Shown here: in pieces, positions 59,311-64,000 of the stretch
How the letters are laid out: every line of letters starts with the position of its first letter
Numbering within the stretch: position 1 is the stretch's first letter
Origin: Actinomycetota bacterium
GTDB lineage: Bacteria > Actinomycetota > Actinomycetes > Actinomycetales > Microbacteriaceae
Assembly: GCA_041181225.1 (NCBI GenBank)
Contig: JBEGPW010000089.1
Location: forward strand, 15,162-79,161
Direction of reading: 5' to 3'
Length of the DNA stretch: 64,000 bases
Position numbers and translations under genes: made by a program
Notes under the pieces: generated by a model
What the model saw: the letters and a program-made list of their open reading frames with translations, nothing else
The model's database searches: none
Told to the model about the DNA's origin: nothing

Positions 59311-59927
59311 TACTTTGCCGCCTTGCGCTTAGCTTCGGCGAGTTGTTCAATCTTGAACCACAGCTTTCCAGCGTCTTTGATTAGCAGGTCGAGAGACTGG
59401 TTTGAGCTCAGAATCGCGTGAGCAAGGTTTGCTCGTTGAGCCGGTGTTGCTTGCGCGGCGATGCGAGCGGTGGCTTCTTCGACTGTCATGGCGCGGTGTG
59501 ACACCATCCGCTCAATTTTTTTATCGTGAGGAGCTTCAACCGTGACTATGAAATCAAAAGGCAAATCGACTTCGGCCTCGACCAAAAGGGGCACGTTATA
59601 GACCACTATCGCGTTAGCTGGGGCCGAGCTAATTTCTGCAGCCGAGCGTTTTCGAACCAACGGGTGGATGATTGCCTCGAGCACAGCCCGTTTCTCAGGG
59701 TTAGAAAAAACTTCAGCGGCCAGGGCTTTGCGATCTAAAACATCATCTGGGCCAAAGACGCTGTCGCCAAAAGCCGCCCTGACGGCTGCGGCGCCCTCGG
59801 TGTGCGGCGCTACCACCTGACGGGCTAAAACGTCAGCGTCAATCTCAACAGCGCCAAGAGAAACCCAGTGGGTGGCGACGGTTGATTTTCCGGCGGCAAT
59901 GCCACCTGTGAGACCGACGAGAAACAT
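59310..59927 (-). CDS. coaE: dephospho-CoA kinase (kinase domain only)
   Basis: 205 aa with P-loop [12 protein letters not shown]. Its stop overlaps the uvrB start (TAATG). Confidence 0.9.
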   Translation of the reverse strand: MFLVGLTGGIAAGKSTVATHWVSLGAVEIDADVLARQVVAPHTEGAAAVRAAFGDSVFGPDDVLDRKALAAEVFSNPEKRAVLEAIIHPLVRKRSAAEISSAPANAIVVYNVPLLVEAEVDLPFDFIVTVEAPHDKKIERMVSHRAMTVEEATARIAAQATPAQRANLAHAILSSNQSLDLLIKDAGKLWFKIEQLAEAKRKAAK

Positions 59928-59988
59928 GCTTTAAGCCTAACTTCTCGTGGCCCCGCTAGAGCCGGAACCCGCGGTGCTACCAGCGAAC

Positions 59989-60022
59989 AAAAAAGAGGGG
60001 CCAGACTCTCGTCTGACCCCTC
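59989..60022 (-). terminator. intrinsic terminator after rpsA
   Basis: The minus strand reads GAGGGGTCAGAC-gaga-GTCTGGCCCCTC followed by TTTTTT (11 bp plus one mismatch). Confidence 0.8.
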
Positions 60023-60042
60023 TCGGGTTGAAACCAAGTTGC

Positions 60043-61521
60043 TTATTCGGCGCTGTTTAGCTTGTCGCGCAGTGCAGCAAGTGATTCGTCGCCAGCAAGG
60101 GTGCCTTTGTCGTCGCCCGAGCTGTAGTCAGCAGAGCTTGAACTCGAAGCAGCGTTTGCGGCTGAATCGCTTGGAGCTGATGAAGTGTCAGGCAAGCTGG
60201 CAGCAAGTTCGTTTGCAGCAGAAACCTGTGACTTGTGGGCTTCCCAACGAGCGTGAGCCTCGGCGTATTCTTTCTCCCACTTGGTGCGAGCTTCTTCGAA
60301 GCCGGCTTTCCATTCGTTAGTGGTTGAGTCGAAACCCTCTGGATACTTGTAGTTGCCTGCATCGTCGAAGTCAGAAGCCATTCCGTAAAGCGCTGGGTTG
60401 AACTCAGTGCCTTCAGGGTTTACTTCTTCGTTAGCCTGCTTTAGCGACAACGAAATGCGGCGACGCTCTAGGTCGATGTCGATTACCTTGACGAAAACGT
60501 CTTGGTTCACAGTGACAACCTGCTCGGCTAGTTCGATGTGCTTCGAAGAAAGTTCTGAGATGTGCACGAGGCCTTCGATGCCGTCTGCGACACGAACGAA
60601 AGCACCAAATGGAACCAACTTGGTGACCTTGCCCGGTGCATACTGACCGATTGCGTGGGTGCGGGCGAATACCTGCCATGGGTCTTCTTGAGTTGCCTTG
60701 AGTGAAAGCGATACGCGCTCACGGTCTTGGTCAACTTCGAGAACCTCAACGGTAACCTCTTGGCCAATTTCAACAACTTCGCTGGCGTGCTCAATGTGCT
60801 TCCAGCTGAGCTCAGAAACGTGAACCAAACCGTCAACGCCACCAAGGTCGATGAATGCACCGAAGTTTACGATTGACGAAACAACACCGGTGCGGATCTG
60901 ACCCTTTGCAAGGTCAGCCAAGAAGGTGCTGCGGCTAGCCGACTGGCTCTGCTCTAGAAGAGCGCGACGTGAAAGCACAACGTTGTTGCGGTTTTTGTCT
61001 AGTTCAAGAATTTTAGCTTCAACCTGCTGGCCGAGGTACGGGCCTAGGTCGCGAACGCGACGAAGCTCAATGAGAGAGGCTGGCAAGAAGCCGCGAAGGC
61101 CGATGTCTACGATCAGACCACCCTTAACAACTTCAATAACTGTTCCGGTAACGGTGCCGTCTGCTTCTTTAACTTTTTCAACATCGCCCCACGCGCGCTC
61201 GTACTGGGCGCGCTTCTTGCTAAGGATTAGGCGGCCTTCTTTGTCTTCTTTCTGAAGAACAAGGGCCTCAACTACGTCGCCAACGCTGACGATCTCGGAT
61301 GGGTCTGCGTCGTGACGAATAGAAAGTTCACGAGAAGGAATAACGCCTTCTGTTTTGTAACCGACGTCTAGCAAAACTTCGTCGCGGTCAATTTTAACAA
61401 CAATGCCGCTGATTAGGTCGCCGTCGTTGAAGAACTTTAGGGTCGCTTCTACCGCGGCTAGAAAGTCTTCAGCAGAGCCAATGTCGTCAAAGGCGATCTG
61501 CTTTTTAGTAGTGGTGGTCAT
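60043..61521 (-). CDS. rpsA: 30S ribosomal protein S1
   Basis: 492 aa. Four S1 OB-fold repeats follow the conserved actinobacterial N-terminus (DFLAAVEATLKFFNDGDLISG...), with an acidic/Ser-rich C-terminal tail. Confidence 0.95.
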   Translation of the reverse strand: MTTTTKKQIAFDDIGSAEDFLAAVEATLKFFNDGDLISGIVVKIDRDEVLLDVGYKTEGVIPSRELSIRHDADPSEIVSVGDVVEALVLQKEDKEGRLILSKKRAQYERAWGDVEKVKEADGTVTGTVIEVVKGGLIVDIGLRGFLPASLIELRRVRDLGPYLGQQVEAKILELDKNRNNVVLSRRALLEQSQSASRSTFLADLAKGQIRTGVVSSIVNFGAFIDLGGVDGLVHVSELSWKHIEHASEVVEIGQEVTVEVLEVDQDRERVSLSLKATQEDPWQVFARTHAIGQYAPGKVTKLVPFGAFVRVADGIEGLVHISELSSKHIELAEQVVTVNQDVFVKVIDIDLERRRISLSLKQANEEVNPEGTEFNPALYGMASDFDDAGNYKYPEGFDSTTNEWKAGFEEARTKWEKEYAEAHARWEAHKSQVSAANELAASLPDTSSAPSDSAANAASSSSSADYSSGDDKGTLAGDESLAALRDKLNSAE

Positions 61522-61609
61522 ATGGAGGTTTACTCGTTTTTACTCGGGTCGTAGCAAAGAATCTTGCTAAAACAGATGGATTAGGATTGCGCAAACGCGC
61601 TTTTCAATC

Positions 61610-61876
61610 TTACTTGGTTTGGCAGCCGGAAAGTAGGCTAACAAGCTCTTTCAGGAGTGATTCTTGGCGCGCGTCTGAAATCTCAATCATTACAATTTCG
61701 CCCTGTTTCAGGCCCAAAGTTAAAATTGCAAGGATGCTATCGCCACGCACCCTGGGCTCTTCGGGTCGCGAGAGCCAAACCTGCCCGTTCGCAGTCGCCG
61801 CGAGTTTTGAAAACTCGTTGGCTGGCCTGGCGTGAAGACCATCGGGTGAAGAGATTGTGAGTTGTGCGCGCAGCAT
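61610..61876 (-). CDS. ptsH: HPr-family phosphocarrier protein
   Basis: 88 aa, collinear with E. coli HPr. It has the active-site GLHARPA (His15 equivalent) and GDSILAILTLGL (Ser46-region equivalent). Its ATG overlaps the polA TAA (TAATG). Confidence 0.85.
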   Translation of the reverse strand: MLRAQLTISSPDGLHARPANEFSKLAATANGQVWLSRPEEPRVRGDSILAILTLGLKQGEIVMIEISDARQESLLKELVSLLSGCQTK

Positions 61877-64000
61877 TAGTGACCAGCGGCGTCCCAGCTT
61901 GAACCCACGCCGATTTGCACTTCGAGTGGAACCGAAAGCTCAACCACGTTTGACATATTTTCAATCACCAAAGTCTTGAGTGTTTCTAGTTCGCCGTGCG
62001 CAACCTCGAAGACGAGCTCATCGTGCACCTGCAGCAGCATTTGACTCTTTAGGCCGGCCACCTGCATCGCTGCATCGATTTTGGTCATGGCAAGTTTCAT
62101 GATGTCGGCCGCGGTGCCTTGAATTGGAGCGTTCAAAGCCGCACGACGAGCGTTTTCACGAAGTTGAAATATTTTGCTATTGAGATCATCAAATGGGCGG
62201 CGGCGGCCGAACGTCGTGACGGTGTAACCAATGGTTTTGGCCTCGTCTACGACACGAGCCAAATAGGTTCTTACTCCCCCGAACCTTGCAAAATAGTCAG
62301 CCATAAGCTGCTTAGCCTCGGCGTTGCTCATTCGAAGTTGCTTGGCCAGACCGTATTCGCTGAGGCCATAGACCAAGCCATAGCTCATCGCCTTGACTTT
62401 TGAACGCATCGGCGCGGTGACTTCGGTTGGTGGCACTCCGAAGATTCGGGAGCCGACGAACCGGTGAAGGTCTTCGCCGGTTTTGAAAGCCTCAATTAGC
62501 CCTTCGTCGGCAGCTAGGTGAGCCAAAATTCGCATTTCGATTTGTGAATAGTCGGCAGTCAATAGGGTTTCAAAACCTTCGCCGAATACGAAGGCGTCAC
62601 GAATCTCGCGCCCGCGTTCACTGCGAATCGGAATGTTTTGAAGGTTTGGATTATCGCTCGACAAACGCCCGGTGCTAGTGCCGGTTTGGCCGTAGTTTGT
62701 GTGGATGCGACCATCCGGTTCAATCGCTTTCAGGAGCGTTTCAACAATCTGGCGAATCTTGCTGACTTCACGGTGCTCTAGAAGGCGTTCCAAAAATGGA
62801 TGTCCGGTTTGTTCAAACAGGGTCGTGAGAGCTTCGGCGTTTGTGCTAAAGCCGGTTTTTACGGCCTTAGTGCCGGTCATTCCGAGCTCTTCGAACAAAA
62901 CGGTTTGAAGTTGCTTTGGCGAAGCCAAGTTAATTTCGTGACCGATCAGGTCATATGCGGCCTGAGCAACAGCCGCCACCTCACCAGTCAAACGTTCAAA
63001 CAGGGCTTCAAGCTTGGCTCTGTCGACAGTCACACCGAGGTGTTCCATTCGCGCGAGAGTTTCGTTTGTCGGCAGGTCGACCTGAGAATAAACTCTGAGC
63101 TGGTCTTGCTCAGCCACCAAAGCGTGAGTCTGTTCGGTGAGCACCAGGGCTAACCAGGCGTCAACACCAAAAGTCTCGTTTTGTTCAGGCACGAGCTGGT
63201 TGGAGTCGGCTCGGGCAACTTCGATGCCAAGATGTTCGGTCACGAGGTCGTCTAGGGCGTAGGTGCGGCTGAGCGGGTTCAAAAGGTAACTCAGCAAAAG
63301 GCCGTCGTAGTTTGCGCCAGCCAGTGAAAGCCCTGCCCCGAGAAGTCGACGGGTCAAGTTCTTGCCGTCAAACACCGCCTTCGTAACGCTTGAGTCAGCA
63401 AGCCAGAGCCCAAGTTTGTCTGCGAGCTCGGTAATGCCAGATGGCACCCAGCTCAAAATCTGAGTTTCGGTGGCAACGGCTACCGCGCTCAGGTCAGCGG
63501 CAAAAGCCAAGCCCAGTGTCCCCTTCTCGGCATTCAGAAAGCTAGAGAATTCATCAAAATTAACGGCAGATGGAGCCGGTGCCGGAGGCAAGTTTGGCAT
63601 TTGAGACTGGGCAGCAGCAGCAGCAACTGTGTCAATCCAAGAACTGTCAGCGGGTGCTCCGTCAGCCGAACCCTTGGTTTGGCTTCCGCCGGCACCACGA
63701 AGTCGCAACACTCGCTCGGTTAGCGATTTAAAGTGCAGCTTGGCGAAAACCTCGCGAACTTTTGCCTCGTCTACCGAACCGAGCTCAAGGTCTTCGAAGG
63801 TGAAATCAAAGTCGAGGTCACGCACCAAATGGTTTAGCTGACGGTTGCGAACTGCCAACTGCATGTGTTCGCGAAGGCTCTCGCCAACCTTGCCCTTGAT
63901 GTCTTCAGCCGAGTCAAAAATCGATTGGAGTGAGCCATACTCTTGAAGCCATTTGGCGGCTGTTTTTGGCCCAACACCTGGAATGCCCGGCAGGTTATCG
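61876..64000 (-). CDS. polA: DNA polymerase I (5' end truncated by the window edge)
   Basis: The frame stays open to position 64000; the translated end reads DNLPGIPGVGPKTAAKWL, the HhH of the 5'-3' exonuclease domain. The polymerase domain carries motif A (LLTADYSQIEMRILAH), motif B and motif C (QVHDELVFE). Confidence 0.9.
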   Translation of the reverse strand, partial: DNLPGIPGVGPKTAAKWLQEYGSLQSIFDSAEDIKGKVGESLREHMQLAVRNRQLNHLVRDLDFDFTFEDLELGSVDEAKVREVFAKLHFKSLTERVLRLRGAGGSQTKGSADGAPADSSWIDTVAAAAAQSQMPNLPPAPAPSAVNFDEFSSFLNAEKGTLGLAFAADLSAVAVATETQILSWVPSGITELADKLGLWLADSSVTKAVFDGKNLTRRLLGAGLSLAGANYDGLLLSYLLNPLSRTYALDDLVTEHLGIEVARADSNQLVPEQNETFGVDAWLALVLTEQTHALVAEQDQLRVYSQVDLPTNETLARMEHLGVTVDRAKLEALFERLTGEVAAVAQAAYDLIGHEINLASPKQLQTVLFEELGMTGTKAVKTGFSTNAEALTTLFEQTGHPFLERLLEHREVSKIRQIVETLLKAIEPDGRIHTNYGQTGTSTGRLSSDNPNLQNIPIRSERGREIRDAFVFGEGFETLLTADYSQIEMRILAHLAADEGLIEAFKTGEDLHRFVGSRIFGVPPTEVTAPMRSKVKAMSYGLVYGLSEYGLAKQLRMSNAEAKQLMADYFARFGGVRTYLARVVDEAKTIGYTVTTFGRRRPFDDLNSKIFQLRENARRAALNAPIQGTAADIMKLAMTKIDAAMQVAGLKSQMLLQVHDELVFEVAHGELETLKTLVIENMSNVVELSVPLEVQIGVGSSWDAAGH

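Overview
This 64-kb window is densely packed core chromosome from a moderately GC-rich actinobacterium. Spacers are very short and many start/stop codons overlap, which suggests a streamlined Micrococcales/Microbacteriaceae-like genome (inference from gene content and synteny only). I support 60 CDS (one truncated by the window edge), one tRNA-Leu(GAG), several intrinsic terminators and a few small repeats or inverted repeats. As I recall mycobacterial and streptomycete gene order, the genes fall into three conserved actinobacterial blocks. Block 1 is tatC-tatA-pafC-pafB ... trmI ... PAC2, uppP, metH/metF. Block 2 is suf, ctaA/ctaB, tkt-tal-pgi-zwf-opcA-pgl, rbpA, secG-tpiA-pgk-gap, whiA-rapZ-uvrC. 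Block 3 is uvrA, uvrB, coaE, rpsA, polA. I saw no CRISPR array, IS element, integrase, prophage or recognisable defence system, and I found no convincing new multi-gene system. The only accessory-looking stretch is about 8.0-13.8 kb, just downstream of the tRNA. It holds two AT-richer tandem paralogous secreted proteins, an orphan Dam-like (D12) adenine methyltransferase, and a class II sirtuin translationally coupled to a histidine phosphatase. Several otherwise highly conserved operons have clean gaps: no Pup-proteasome genes between trmI and pafBC, no sufS/sufU/sufR in the suf operon, and no yvcK/cuvA between rapZ and whiA. Other leads are an orphan HPr gene coupled to polA, a CCUCC anti-SD-like element directly before the rpsA start, a BirA-operator-like inverted repeat before bioY, a small Cys/His ORF wedged between DUF3099 and SURF1 genes, and strand-asymmetric hairpins in the uvrC-rapZ spacer. 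All calls come from reading the translations and the DNA by eye. No database search, HMM, folding or composition program was run.
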